NCBI GenBank assembly: GCA_964416985.1
Contig: CAYQFS010000003.1
Coordinates: 18,594 to 82,593 of the forward strand
Length of the DNA stretch: 64,000 bases
Direction: 5' to 3'
DNA from: an uncultured Candidatus Saccharibacteria bacterium
GTDB lineage: Bacteria; Patescibacteriota; Minisyncoccia; Phycocordibacterales; PALSA-1337
Shown: piece after piece, positions 37,969-48,133 of the stretch
Layout of the letters: each line of letters starts with the position of its first letter
Position numbering within the stretch: position 1 is the stretch's first letter
The notes under the pieces: model-generated
The model's database searches: none
What the model was told of the DNA's origin: nothing
Seen by the model: the letters and a program-made list of their open reading frames with translations, nothing else
Program-made: the position numbers and the translations under genes

Positions 37969-38793
37969 ATGCAACTTCTCGACGGAAAAAAAGTACGCGA
38001 AGCCCGAACTCCGCTTCTCATAGAAAAAATAGCGGCTCTTTCTTTTACCCCATGCCTCGTCATTGTCCAGGTTGGAAACAGGGAAGACTCGACGGCATTT
38101 ATTAGTGCAAAAAGGTCTTTTGCAAAGAAACTGGGGGTCAAGGAGATTCATGTCCAGCTCGAGGAAAAAGCAACACAGGATGAAGTTATAGAAACTATAC
38201 AAAAGTACAATTCTGACAAAGACGTTCATGGGATTATTGTCCAGCTTCCATTGCCTATCAACATGGATCCTGATGCAGTTATTGATGCAATAGATGTCTG
38301 TAAGGATGTCGACGGTCTTACGTCTCATAACGTGAAGCGATGGATGAATGGCCGCGCTGACGGTGTTATGCCTGCCACAACCCGCGGGATAAGGGAGCTC
38401 CTCGATTTTTACAAAATTGATCTTTTCGGAAAAAAGGTGGTGATGATTGGAAGGTCGTCGCTTGTGGGAAAACCAACCGCGTTTATGTGTCTCAATCAAA
38501 ATGCAACTGTCACAATCTGTCACAGCAAGACTCACGATCTCGAAAAAGAAACAAAGAATGCCGATGTTGTCATTGTGGCAATAGGGAAGCCAGGATTTAT
38601 CGGGACAAAGCATCTTTCGAAAGGCCAGATTGTCATCGATATCGGAATTACCCGTTTGCTTGATGGAAAACTTTCAGGAGATGTCAATTTTGAAGAGGCA
38701 AAAAATCTCGTAGAAATGATCACCCCAGTCCCAGGAGGTGTTGGCCAAATGACCGTCCTCGCTCTTTTTGAAAACCTCGTTGAAATGTGCTAA
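37969..38793 (+). CDS. folD: Methylenetetrahydrofolate dehydrogenase/cyclohydrolase
   Basis: GIIVQLPLP, KDVDG, GRSSLVGKP, ITPVPGGVG. Confidence 0.96.
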   Translation: MQLLDGKKVREARTPLLIEKIAALSFTPCLVIVQVGNREDSTAFISAKRSFAKKLGVKEIHVQLEEKATQDEVIETIQKYNSDKDVHGIIVQLPLPINMDPDAVIDAIDVCKDVDGLTSHNVKRWMNGRADGVMPATTRGIRELLDFYKIDLFGKKVVMIGRSSLVGKPTAFMCLNQNATVTICHSKTHDLEKETKNADVVIVAIGKPGFIGTKHLSKGQIVIDIGITRLLDGKLSGDVNFEEAKNLVEMITPVPGGVGQMTVLALFENLVEMC

Positions 38794-38838
38794 AATCAGC
38801 TTCTATTACAAATTATTACAAAGTAACTATACAAAATT

Positions 38839-39636
38839 ATGAATAATGACATGCTTAAGCAAAGAATGTGGAAAGTTGCCATTACTGCAGGAGGACTCCT
38901 CTCTCTTTTTCTCGTAGTCATCTCCATCAAAGTCATCCGAGAAACTGCCTATGTTGGACGTGATGTTCCCGCAATGAATACGATCAGTGTTAATGGAAAA
39001 GGGGAGGAATTCCAAGCTCCAGACATTGCGACGTTCTCATTTGGAGTAACCGAAAATGCAAAGACAGTCGATGTAGCCCAGACCGCAGCGACAACAAAGA
39101 TCAATGCAGCGATCAAGGCCTTGAAGGATAATGGAATTGATGAAAAGGATATAAAGACAACTTCATACAATATCAATCCTCATTATGAATATCAGCAGGA
39201 AATGTGTGTAGCAGGAAGCTGTCGAAGTGGTCGCCAGGTTCTCACAGGATACGATGTTAGCCAGAATGTTGAAGTAAAAGTACGAGATATTTCAAAGGCT
39301 GGATCACTCTTTACGACAGTTGGAAATCTTGGAGTTCAAAACGTAAACGGTCTAGCTTTCTCAATCGATAAAATCGAAGATGTGCGTGCAAAGGCTCGGG
39401 CAGAAGCTATCTCTGACGCTCAGGCAAAGGCAGAAGTCCTTGCAAAGCAGCTTGGGGTTCGGATTGTACGAATCAGCAGCTTCTATGACTCAGGAGACGC
39501 TCAGCCGTACTATGGCTATGCAAAGGGAGGAATGGAGATAATGAATGCTTCAGTCGCACCAATGGCAACACCTTCGATTCCAAGCGGAGAACAGAAAGTC
39601 ACCTCACAGGTTACTATCACGTACGAGATTCGCTAG
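38839..39636 (+). CDS. SIMPL (DUF541) domain protein
   Basis: ISVNGKG...PDIATFSFGV, AISDAQAKAEVLAKQLG, final VTITYEIR. Confidence 0.9.
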   Translation: MNNDMLKQRMWKVAITAGGLLSLFLVVISIKVIRETAYVGRDVPAMNTISVNGKGEEFQAPDIATFSFGVTENAKTVDVAQTAATTKINAAIKALKDNGIDEKDIKTTSYNINPHYEYQQEMCVAGSCRSGRQVLTGYDVSQNVEVKVRDISKAGSLFTTVGNLGVQNVNGLAFSIDKIEDVRAKARAEAISDAQAKAEVLAKQLGVRIVRISSFYDSGDAQPYYGYAKGGMEIMNASVAPMATPSIPSGEQKVTSQVTITYEIR

Positions 39637-39730
39637 ATCATTGACTAAAACCCCACAAAAGAGTACTATATCCCTGTCACCCCAGGGAGGGGTTTTTTAT
39701 TAGAAAAAGCTCGATTAAAGAGAAAATATC

Positions 39731-39907
39731 ATGAAACTAGCAGAATATGTAAATGAAACAAAGGCCGAAATGTCGCATGTTAGCTGGCCGACTCGACGAC
39801 AGGCGATTAGCTACTCGGTAGCGGTTGTTCTCGTGTCAGTTATCACAGCTCTCTTTCTCGCATTTTCTGACTATATCTTCTCACGACTTCTCACCCTCCT
39901 CGTCTAA
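39731..39907 (+). CDS. secE: Preprotein translocase subunit SecE (58 aa; not in the ORF track)
   Basis: My translation MKLAEYVNETKAEMSHVSWPTRRQAISYSVAVV...; directly upstream of nusG. Confidence 0.92.
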   Translation: MKLAEYVNETKAEMSHVSWPTRRQAISYSVAVVLVSVITALFLAFSDYIFSRLLTLLV

Positions 39908-39932
39908 TTTATAAAACTTTTTACACATCATT

Positions 39933-40478
39933 ATGAGCAAACAGCAAGTTGGAGGACAAAGGAATTGGTACGCCATTCACACCTATGCAGGGTATGAAAA
40001 TGCAGTGGCGCGAAACCTCAAGCAACGTATTGAGTCTCTCGGAATGGAGGATCGCATATTTAATGTTCTCGTTCCGACCGAAAAGAAAATCAAAATTAAG
40101 GGAGGAAAACGGGTTGAAGAAGAAGAAAAAATTTACCCTGGATATGTCCTTGTTGATATGATTGTTACTGATGACTCATGGTATGTTGTCCGAAATACCC
40201 CCCGAGTTACCGGTTTTGTCGGTTCTGGAGTTTATCCTGTTCCTCTTGAGAAGAAAGAGGTTGATATGCTTTTTGCCCGAATGAACAAGGACGAAGTCAA
40301 ACACACCATCGATCTTGTTGTTGATGACGTTGTGAAGATTGTTGACGGTCCTTTCAAGGATCTTGAAGGCAAGGTTAATGAAGTCGATGACAGCCGAGGA
40401 AAGGTCAAAGTTCTTGTCTCGATGTTCGGCCGGGAAACACCGGTAGAACTCGATTTCTTGCAAGTTAAGAAGATATAA
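39933..40478 (+). CDS. nusG: Transcription termination/antitermination factor NusG
   Basis: [23 protein letters not shown] motif, FGRETPVEL. Confidence 0.98.
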   Translation: MSKQQVGGQRNWYAIHTYAGYENAVARNLKQRIESLGMEDRIFNVLVPTEKKIKIKGGKRVEEEEKIYPGYVLVDMIVTDDSWYVVRNTPRVTGFVGSGVYPVPLEKKEVDMLFARMNKDEVKHTIDLVVDDVVKIVDGPFKDLEGKVNEVDDSRGKVKVLVSMFGRETPVELDFLQVKKI

Positions 40479-40503
40479 GGTAATCTACATCCACCAACAT
40501 TTT

Positions 40504-40929
40504 ATGGCTAAAAAGATAATCAAAAAGGTAAAAGTAAGCGCTCCAGCAGGGAAAGCAACCCCAGCTCCTCCTTTGGGCCCTACTCTCGGACAGGCGGGCG
40601 TCAACATTGGTGATTTCACAAAGAAATTCAACGATGCTACAAAGGGCATGATGGGAGACATTGTTCCTGTTGTCATTTCTGTTTATGAAGACAGAACATA
40701 TAGCTTTGTTTTGAAAACTCCTCCAGCAAGTTCACTCATTCTTAAGGCCGCAGGAGTTGAAAAAGGTTCAGGAAAGCAGGCTTTGAAAAAAGCGGGAACC
40801 ATTACTCGAGCTCAGGTAAAGGCAATTGCAGAAAAGAAAATGCCTGATCTCAACGCAAGCGACATCAACTCAGCAATGAGAATAATTGAAGGATCATGCA
40901 GATCTCTTGGGATTGAGGTGAAAGGTTAA
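40504..40929 (+). CDS. rplK: 50S ribosomal protein L11
   Basis: [28 protein letters not shown]. Confidence 0.98.
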   Translation: MAKKIIKKVKVSAPAGKATPAPPLGPTLGQAGVNIGDFTKKFNDATKGMMGDIVPVVISVYEDRTYSFVLKTPPASSLILKAAGVEKGSGKQALKKAGTITRAQVKAIAEKKMPDLNASDINSAMRIIEGSCRSLGIEVKG

Positions 40930-40931
40930 TT

Positions 40932-41456
40932 TTACCTCTCCATATCTACCCAACTGTATTTGAGACCTGTTTTTTCGTCAAAGTGTTCCTCGTTGAAAGT
41001 TATTTTTTTAAATTCACTATAATCTGGGAAAAAGACATCTCCCTCTGCATCTGTCTCGACTAAGGTCAGGTATAATCTGTCAGTTAGAGGAAGCCCTTGT
41101 TTATAAATTTCACCTCCACCAATGAGAAAGATTTCTTTAGTTTCATTTTGACTTGCCATCTCATGGGTCGAAGCTTTTTCAACAGCTTCTTCAAGTGTTG
41201 AGCAGATAATTGCGTCAGGAGCTTTGAAATCTGCATTTCGGGTGATGACGTAGTTTTGGCGATTGGGAAGAGCTTTTCCGATTGATTCATACGTTTTTCT
41301 GCCGAGGATTACGGCGTGGCCGGAGGTGATTCGCTTGAAACGCTTGAGATCATCGGAAATATAGACCAGGAGTTTACCCCCGTTGCCTATAGCGGCATTT
41401 TTTTTGCTCAATGCGACAACGATGCTTATGAGGGGTTTTTGTTGTGATGACATCAT
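40932..41456 (-). CDS. folA: Dihydrofolate reductase
   Basis: AIGNGGKL..DLKRFK, LGRKTYESI, LPNR, IGGGEIY, GDVFFP. Confidence 0.95.
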   Translation of the reverse strand: MMSSQQKPLISIVVALSKKNAAIGNGGKLLVYISDDLKRFKRITSGHAVILGRKTYESIGKALPNRQNYVITRNADFKAPDAIICSTLEEAVEKASTHEMASQNETKEIFLIGGGEIYKQGLPLTDRLYLTLVETDAEGDVFFPDYSEFKKITFNEEHFDEKTGLKYSWVDMER

Positions 41457-41542
41457 AGGAAAGTAGATTTTGAGGCTTGTCATCTATGACAATTCCTTTG
41501 TTAGGATTATACTTTATCTATTGATTAAATAAAACTCACTTC

Positions 41543-42223
41543 ATGCAGACAAATTACGAAATCGAAATAAAGACACTTCTCGGATCCAAAGAAAATGCAG
41601 AGAAACTAAAAAAAGACCTCAAGAAAAATTTTCCTGATATGAAGCTTGTAGGGCAGGGCCGTCAGCTTAATCATTATTTTAATCTTCCACCAGACATAGC
41701 CCTCTTACAAAAGAATGTTGCAAAGTTTGTTCCCACAGAAAAAGAATTGGAATTAGAGAATATCTTGAGTCATGGAAAGAAAATGTCTCTTCGAACTCGC
41801 GACGCGGATGGAAAAGTCTTTCTCGTTATAAAAGCATCATTGGGGGATGATACTAGTTCAAATGGAGTCAAACGAGTTGAGTTCGAGTGTTCAGTCAGCA
41901 AAACACTTGCACAGCTTGATCAAATTCTCCTTGATTCTGGAGCAACATATCAGGCAAAATGGTCTCGTGAGAGGGAAGAATATGATGCAGGAGGTATGCA
42001 TGTTTGTATCGATAGGAATGCTGGATATGGCTATCTTGCAGAATTTGAAAGAGTAACTCAGGATGAAGCATCTTTCGATTCAATTAAAACAGAGCTTTTG
42101 TCGGTCATGAAAAGGCTTGGGGTAGCTGAACTTGCCCAAGATCGTCTCGAGAGGATGTTTGCACACTATAATGCTCATTGGTCGGAGTATTATGGAACAG
42201 AGAAGACTTTTACTATAGAATAA
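41543..42223 (+). CDS. CYTH / triphosphate tunnel metalloenzyme
   Basis: N-terminal YEIEIK (ExExK), SLRTR, REEY, GYLAEFE. Confidence 0.75.
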   Translation: MQTNYEIEIKTLLGSKENAEKLKKDLKKNFPDMKLVGQGRQLNHYFNLPPDIALLQKNVAKFVPTEKELELENILSHGKKMSLRTRDADGKVFLVIKASLGDDTSSNGVKRVEFECSVSKTLAQLDQILLDSGATYQAKWSREREEYDAGGMHVCIDRNAGYGYLAEFERVTQDEASFDSIKTELLSVMKRLGVAELAQDRLERMFAHYNAHWSEYYGTEKTFTIE

Positions 42224-42231
42224 AGAAACCT

Positions 42232-42819
42232 ATGTATCTTTCAGATGTTGATATAAAGAAAGCAATAAAAAAAGGAGAAATAATCATTCGGGATTATGAT
42301 GAGGCGCGTCTTCAGCCGGCAAGTTACGATATTCTTTTGGGAAATAAATTCATTGTTCACAATACTCAGTCTGTTGCGGCAATCGACCCGGTCATGAAAA
42401 TTTATCCTGAATCGAGTGAAATTATTGTTCCAGACAATGGAACATTTATCCTTCATCCTGGAGTGAGTGTCCTCGGGACTTCGGTTGATCACTTTGGATC
42501 CGACAAATTTCTCATACAACTTTCAGGGAAAAGCAGTCTAGCTCGTATCGGTCTCATCATTCATAATACAGCCGGGATCATCAATCCAGGACATTTTCTT
42601 AATATTACCTTCGAACTCTGCAACCTGAACCACATGCCGATTATTCTTCGTCCAAATATGAGGATTGGCCAGATTCTCTTTTCAGAACTTTCAAGCCCTC
42701 CGGCGAAGGATTACAAAACAACAGGAAGGTATCATGGAAGGGACTGGCAGCATTTTGTCGATCCAAAAGAAGAGGAAATGAAGGCCAAGAAAAAAACCTT
42801 GAGCAAGAAATCAAAATAA
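42232..42819 (+). CDS. dcd: dCTP deaminase
   Basis: [35 protein letters not shown]. Confidence 0.92.
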   Translation: MYLSDVDIKKAIKKGEIIIRDYDEARLQPASYDILLGNKFIVHNTQSVAAIDPVMKIYPESSEIIVPDNGTFILHPGVSVLGTSVDHFGSDKFLIQLSGKSSLARIGLIIHNTAGIINPGHFLNITFELCNLNHMPIILRPNMRIGQILFSELSSPPAKDYKTTGRYHGRDWQHFVDPKEEEMKAKKKTLSKKSK

Positions 42820-42835
42820 ATCTCTCAAAAATCCG

Positions 42836-43882
42836 ATGAAGAAAAAAGCCATTCCAAAGAAGAAGAAATCAGCCAAGAAAAATGCCCGGCATCCTGAGTA
42901 TCAGTATCTCGACATACTTAAGGATATTTTGGAAAATGGTTTTGAGAAAAAAGAATTTAATAGCGGGATTGCCATCAAGAGCGTTTTTGGACGGATGATG
43001 CGTTTCGACCTTTCAAAAGATTTTCCTCTTCTCACAACAAAAAAAGTCTTTATGCGAGGAATCATCCATGAGCTCGTGTGGTTTCTTCGAGGTGAGACAA
43101 ATATAAAATATCTTGTTGACAATGATGTGCATATCTGGGATGAGTGGCCTTACAAAGAGTACAAAAAGAAAATGGAGGCTGGAGAAGTTCCTACTATGAC
43201 CCAGGTCGAGTTTATTTCAAAAATAAAAGACGATTCATCTTTTGCAAAAAAATGGGGAGAACTTGGTCCTGTCTATGGACGGCAGTGGAGAAAGTGGCCT
43301 GCCTCAGACGGAAGGGAAATTGACCAGCTTGCATGGGCAATTGAGAAGACAAAAAAGTATCCAGATAGAAAGCACGTTGTTATTTCTGCGTGGAATCCTG
43401 AATATGTCTATGAAATGGCTCGTCCGGGAACGTCGATGGCAATACCTCCATGTCACACACTTTTTAACATCAATGTGACGAACGGAAAACTTTCTCTTTC
43501 CCTCTATCAGAGGAGTGCGGATACATTTCTCGGGGTTCCATTTAACATTGCTTCGTATTCTCTCATGGCTCTCGTTCTCGCACAGATCTGTGGATATAAG
43601 CCAGGAGAGTTTGTTCATATGCTCGGAGATACACACCTCTATGGAAATCATTATGAACAAGCACGAGAGCAGATGAAGAGGAAACCGCGGCCGTTTCCTC
43701 GTGTGAAGATAAATCCAAATCTTAAGGATATTAATGACGTGAGATTTGAAGACTTCGAGCTCATTGAGTATGATCCACACCCTCCGATAAAAGGGGAGAT
43801 CACTGTCGTTGGAGGTTTTCATGAAAAGGACAGGAAAGATTTTAGTTTCAAGGATAAAAAGGGCGTCAAGAGGAACAAATAA
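42836..43882 (+). CDS. thyA: Thymidylate synthase
   Basis: [39 protein letters not shown]. Confidence 0.97.
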   Translation: MKKKAIPKKKKSAKKNARHPEYQYLDILKDILENGFEKKEFNSGIAIKSVFGRMMRFDLSKDFPLLTTKKVFMRGIIHELVWFLRGETNIKYLVDNDVHIWDEWPYKEYKKKMEAGEVPTMTQVEFISKIKDDSSFAKKWGELGPVYGRQWRKWPASDGREIDQLAWAIEKTKKYPDRKHVVISAWNPEYVYEMARPGTSMAIPPCHTLFNINVTNGKLSLSLYQRSADTFLGVPFNIASYSLMALVLAQICGYKPGEFVHMLGDTHLYGNHYEQAREQMKRKPRPFPRVKINPNLKDINDVRFEDFELIEYDPHPPIKGEITVVGGFHEKDRKDFSFKDKKGVKRNK

Positions 43883-43951
43883 TATTATTATGATTTAACA
43901 CACTCATTTTTAAATAGATCTTATTTATTCTTAAAAATATATTAATTCCCC

Positions 43952-45124
43952 ATGAAAGACATTCAAATCAAAAAACTTATCGAAGCTGAAAAGAAGCGCC
44001 AAAAGAGTGTCGTGAATCTCATTGCGTCCGAAAACTACGTCTCAAAGGATGTTCTCGAGGCCCTTGGCTCTGAACTTACAAATAAATACGCAGAAGGTTA
44101 TGCTGGCAAGCGTTATTATGGTGGGAATCATATTGTTGATAAAATTGAGACACTTGCGATCGAGCGAGCCCTCAAGCTTTTTGGACTTTCTACAGAAACA
44201 TGGCATGTGAACGTCCAGCCTCTGTCGGGCTCTCCTGCAAATCTCGCAGTGTATGCTGCTCTTGTTCCATCAGGAGCAAAGATCATGGGAATGTCTCTCG
44301 ACCAAGGAGGACACCTCACCCATGGCCACAAAGTTTCTGTTACAGGAAAATTCTGGATGCAGATTCCGTACGGAGTAAACAAACAAACCGAAACACTTGA
44401 CTACAATGAACTAAAAGAAATTGCTCTTCGTGAAAAGCCAGCGATCATCGTCGGGGGATACACGGCGTATCCTCGAGTCGTCGATTTCAAGAAACTTCGT
44501 GAAGTTGCAGATGAGTCAGGAGCTCTTCTCATGATCGACATGTCGCATTTCGCTGGTCTTGTGGCAGGAAAGCAGTACCCATCTCCGTTTGAATATGCAG
44601 ATATTGTCACAACGACAGTTCACAAGACTCTCCGTGGCCCACGAAGCGCAATTATTTTCTCAAAGAAGGACGAAAGAGAACTTGGGAAGAAAATTGATCG
44701 CGCGGTGTTTCCTGGACTTCAGGGAGGTCCTCACTTGAATCAGATTGCAGCAGTTGCCGTTGCGCTCAAGGAGGCCTCGACTCCTGCTTTCAAAAAATAT
44801 GCACTTCAGGTAAAGAAAAATGCAAAGGTTCTCGCAGATGAACTTGCAAAAAAAGGATGGAAAATAATTTCTGGAGGAACAGACAGTCATCTTGTACTCA
44901 TTGATACATGGATGGGCGGAAAGGGAATTTCAGGCAAGGAGGCTGGAGACAGACTTGAAAAAGAGGGAATTATTGTAAATAAAAATGCGGTGCCATTTGA
45001 TACTCGGCCACCAATGGATCCTTCAGGTATTCGTCTCGGAACTGCTGCCGAGACTACTCGAGGAAAGAAAGAAAAGGACATAAAAAAAATCGCCGAGCGA
45101 ATTGATGCGATCTTGAGGGGATAA
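43952..45124 (+). CDS. glyA: Serine hydroxymethyltransferase
   Basis: LIASEN, NKYAEGY..RYYGG, GGHLTHG, TTTVHKTLRGPR. Confidence 0.97.
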   Translation: MKDIQIKKLIEAEKKRQKSVVNLIASENYVSKDVLEALGSELTNKYAEGYAGKRYYGGNHIVDKIETLAIERALKLFGLSTETWHVNVQPLSGSPANLAVYAALVPSGAKIMGMSLDQGGHLTHGHKVSVTGKFWMQIPYGVNKQTETLDYNELKEIALREKPAIIVGGYTAYPRVVDFKKLREVADESGALLMIDMSHFAGLVAGKQYPSPFEYADIVTTTVHKTLRGPRSAIIFSKKDERELGKKIDRAVFPGLQGGPHLNQIAAVAVALKEASTPAFKKYALQVKKNAKVLADELAKKGWKIISGGTDSHLVLIDTWMGGKGISGKEAGDRLEKEGIIVNKNAVPFDTRPPMDPSGIRLGTAAETTRGKKEKDIKKIAERIDAILRG

Positions 45125-45270
45125 AAACAAACCCCTCTCTCCTTCCGGTTTTATCCAGCAAAAGAGAGAGGGGGCCTCAGTGGCAGGCGCGGCGAAACGG
45201 GTTCCTCAAGTTGGTGTCATGCACAAGACACGTTTGTTTCTTCCGGCCAAAATAATGATCGTATTTACTG
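45123..45270 (-). ncRNA. Candidate small RNA (about 140 nt) between glyA and argS
   Basis: Minus-strand TTGACT-16-TATGCT promoter and a minus-strand hairpin plus U-tract; no substantial ORF inside. Confidence 0.35.
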
Positions 45271-45340
45271 CAAGTAGCATAACAGAATCCTCAAAAAAGT
45301 CAACTTTTGGCACTTTGGAGGTGTTTAATGCTAGAATGTC

Positions 45341-47053
45341 GTGGTGAAACATACTATTAAAGAAAAGCTCATTCTGAGCCTTCGGACGGCCGCAGAAAAG
45401 GCAGGAATTACCGATCCAAAGGTGCACCTCGAACACCCTGAGGATATTTTTCATGGGGATTACGCTACAAACCTCGCCCTGGCGTACTCAAAAGCACTAA
45501 AGACTAGCCCAAAAATCCTTGCCGAAAAGATTCTTGAAGAATTTAAAAAAGATTTGCCGAACGAAGTAGAATCAACAAGTATTGCTGGTCCTGGGTTTAT
45601 AAATATAAAACTAAAAGACAGCGTTTTCATCGAGAACGTCCTCACTATTGGTAGCGACTATGGAAAGGGAAATCAGGATATGGGAAGAAAGGTAATGGTT
45701 GAGTACACTGATCCCAATCCATTCAAAATTTTTCATATCGGTCACCTCATGGCAAACGCTATTGGGGAATCTCTTTCAAGGATAATTGAATTTTCAGGAG
45801 CGAAGGTTATTCGAGCCAATTATTTTGGTGACGTAGGACTTCATGTGGCAAAAACCATGTGGGGTATTTTGAATACTAAAGCTGATTTTCCTGATGAGTC
45901 AGAACCGCTTGTTTCGAGGATAGAATTTCTAGGAAAAATGTACGTTACCGGATCAAATGCTGAAGGCGAAAAGGAAATAAAGGAAATTGCAGCAATTAAC
46001 AAGAAGATTTTTGAGAAATCAGACGCAGAAATAAATGAGTTCTATGATCTTGGAAGAAAATGGAGCCTCGAATATTTCGAAACCATTTACAAAAAGTTGG
46101 GAACGAAATTTGATGAGTATTTTCCTGAAAGTTCTGTCGCTGGCGATGGGGTAAAAATTGTTCAGGAATTTCTTAAAAAAGGCATATTCGAGACAAGCGA
46201 AGGTGCCACCATTTTCCCGGGAGAAAAATATGGAGTTCATACCCGCGTTTTCATTAACTCTCAAGGACTTCCAACATACGAAGCAAAGGAACTCGGCCTC
46301 ACGAAGAAAAAGTTTGAGCTCTATCCTGACCTCTCAGAATCGGTCGTCGTGACTGCAAACGAGCAGAGTGATTATTTTAAAGTTCTTATACGGGCTATTG
46401 GTGCAATTTATCCTGAAATTGCCTCAAAAATGAAGCACCTGAGTCATGGGATTCTGCGGCCTTCAACTGGAAAAATGTCTTCTCGAAAGGGAAATGTTGT
46501 TTCAGCTGAGGAATTATTGAATGAATTCCAAACTCTTGTTCTCGAGAAAATGAAGGATCGTGAATGGAAAGGAAATGAAAAAGAAATGGTCGCAGAGATG
46601 GTCGCCATTGCTGCTCTCAAGTACGTTGTACTCCGCCAAGCAATCGGAGGCGATATTATATATGACAAGGAAAAAATAGTTTCATTTGAAGGGGACTCGG
46701 GTCCATATCTCCAGTATGCGGCCGTTCGCGCTGAGGCAGTTGTAAGAAAAGCTCATGATGTCGGAATTTCTGAAAAAGTTTCTTCAAAGCCGACAGAAGC
46801 TACACTACTCGAAAGAATGCTCGCTCGTTTTCCTGAAACCATTGAGCGCTCTCGCATCGAATACGCCCCTCATCACATCGTGACCTATCTCATTGAGCTT
46901 TCTTCTGCTTTCAATTCCTACTATGCCGTCAATAAAATAATTGATGAAAAAGATTCTCTTTCCTCATATCGAGTGGCTCTGACAAAAGCTTTTGTCTCGG
47001 TGATGAAAAATGGTCTTTGGGTTTTGGGTATCAAAGTGCCGGAGAGGATGTAA
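45341..47053 (+). CDS. argS: Arginine--tRNA ligase
   Basis: HGDYATN, AGPGFIN, FHIGH, KMSSRKG, GPYLQYA. Confidence 0.97.
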   Translation: MVKHTIKEKLILSLRTAAEKAGITDPKVHLEHPEDIFHGDYATNLALAYSKALKTSPKILAEKILEEFKKDLPNEVESTSIAGPGFINIKLKDSVFIENVLTIGSDYGKGNQDMGRKVMVEYTDPNPFKIFHIGHLMANAIGESLSRIIEFSGAKVIRANYFGDVGLHVAKTMWGILNTKADFPDESEPLVSRIEFLGKMYVTGSNAEGEKEIKEIAAINKKIFEKSDAEINEFYDLGRKWSLEYFETIYKKLGTKFDEYFPESSVAGDGVKIVQEFLKKGIFETSEGATIFPGEKYGVHTRVFINSQGLPTYEAKELGLTKKKFELYPDLSESVVVTANEQSDYFKVLIRAIGAIYPEIASKMKHLSHGILRPSTGKMSSRKGNVVSAEELLNEFQTLVLEKMKDREWKGNEKEMVAEMVAIAALKYVVLRQAIGGDIIYDKEKIVSFEGDSGPYLQYAAVRAEAVVRKAHDVGISEKVSSKPTEATLLERMLARFPETIERSRIEYAPHHIVTYLIELSSAFNSYYAVNKIIDEKDSLSSYRVALTKAFVSVMKNGLWVLGIKVPERM

Positions 47054-47103
47054 AATATGTCTATTTTCATCTTTAGTATGTGATATCCGGTGTGTATCAG
47101 ATT

Positions 47104-47133
47104 GTATTAGATAGTATTAGATAGTATTAGATA
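47104..47133. repeat. Tandem 10-mer GTATTAGATA x3
   Basis: Three exact copies read directly from the sequence. Confidence 0.9.
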
Positions 47134-47173
47134 GGGCAATAATCCAGTGTTCGCTGCATTTTATGGCATGCTA

Positions 47174-47203
47174 TTGACAAATTGGGTAGAGTTGGTGTAT
47201 AAT
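47174..47203 (+). promoter_or_regulatory. Sigma70 promoter of the DGR target gene
   Basis: TTGACA-18 nt-TATAAT, both hexamers perfect. Confidence 0.8.
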
Positions 47204-47333
47204 AGTAATGTAGTTCTTTGATTTGCCAGTATCTTCGCTGCAACAGAAAGCGCCTTAAATTAAGGCTTTCTCCGTTGTGGCGAAGAGCCCAACAAACTAA
47301 ACTTGTGTCCGAAAGGATACTAACCAAGAAAGG

Positions 47334-48056
47334 GTGACAACGATGAAAAATCCATCGATTGCATCAGACAACGAAGTCAGTGAAGGCCAAATCGAAACCT
47401 GTGTGACCCTAGTCACCGATGCTACGCGCAAAGGGACAGGCACAGCGCTTCGCGAACTCGCCAAGAACGGTGTTCTCACCAAAAAGAATATTGAGCGGGT
47501 GCGGGCGCGCGGCAACGAAGTGGTTGCTGAGATTACGAGAATCGTAAAGGAGAAGTTTGCCGAAATTGCCGAGAATATCGCCGGCATCGTCAAGCTCATC
47601 TCCGGCGCGGAAATTCTCGAACTCGACGAGACGGACGGGAAGGCAACCATTGCGAAAGCGAAGGATGCCTTTCCCGGCTGGATCGATCCCGACTTCAAGG
47701 AATACGGTTGCGATGTGAAGTCGGAGCCGACCAAGAAGGCACAGGTTTCCGTCCATGAGATGATCAAGGACGGGACATTCGCCCAGATCTTTAATGGCAT
47801 GGGCGATGACCTCAATAGTCTTTGTCTTACACAGCCGCAGATCATCCAATTCGTGGAGAAACACCACAAGTGGCTCCGCACGGATGGATATGCAACCTTT
47901 TTCTTATTCAAGGTTGGCGAAGAGTTCTTCGTTGCGGACGTGGGCTTCCACGTCGGGCGTCTCGAGGTCTACGTGCGCCGCTTCTCGAACGACTTCGTCT
48001 GGCGCGCCGAGGACCGTCATCGCATTGTAGTCCCGCAACTGGCACTTGCAAATTAG
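47334..48056 (+). CDS. DGR target protein with C-terminal variable region
   Basis: VR occupies 39 codons near the C-terminus; visibly GC-richer than the flanking genes; start at GTG 47334 or ATG 47343. Confidence 0.9.
   Translation: MTTMKNPSIASDNEVSEGQIETCVTLVTDATRKGTGTALRELAKNGVLTKKNIERVRARGNEVVAEITRIVKEKFAEIAENIAGIVKLISGAEILELDETDGKATIAKAKDAFPGWIDPDFKEYGCDVKSEPTKKAQVSVHEMIKDGTFAQIFNGMGDDLNSLCLTQPQIIQFVEKHHKWLRTDGYATFFLFKVGEEFFVADVGFHVGRLEVYVRRFSNDFVWRAEDRHRIVVPQLALAN
47925..48041 (+). repeat. DGR variable repeat (VR)
   Basis: 117-bp ungapped match to 48366-48482 with 18 mismatches, all opposite TR adenines. Confidence 0.97.
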
Positions 48057-48077
48057 TCCTGAGCCTTTGGCTCTCAG

Positions 48078-48126
48078 TCCCTCTGACCCTTGTCAAAATT
48101 TATTTTGGCAAATCAGGGGGATTTTT
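48078..48126 (+). terminator. Intrinsic terminator after the DGR target
   Basis: TCCCTCTGA/TCAGGGGGA outer stem, TGTCAAAAT/ATTTTGGCA inner stem, then T5. Confidence 0.65.
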
Positions 48127-48133
48127 GTATACT
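48105..48133 (+). promoter_or_regulatory. Putative promoter for the TR-containing RNA
   Basis: TTGGCA-17 nt-TATACT overlapping the terminator. Confidence 0.55.

Noticed and set aside
47104-47133. Possible CRISPR array
   Set aside because: 10-bp tandem units with no spacers, and no cas genes in the window
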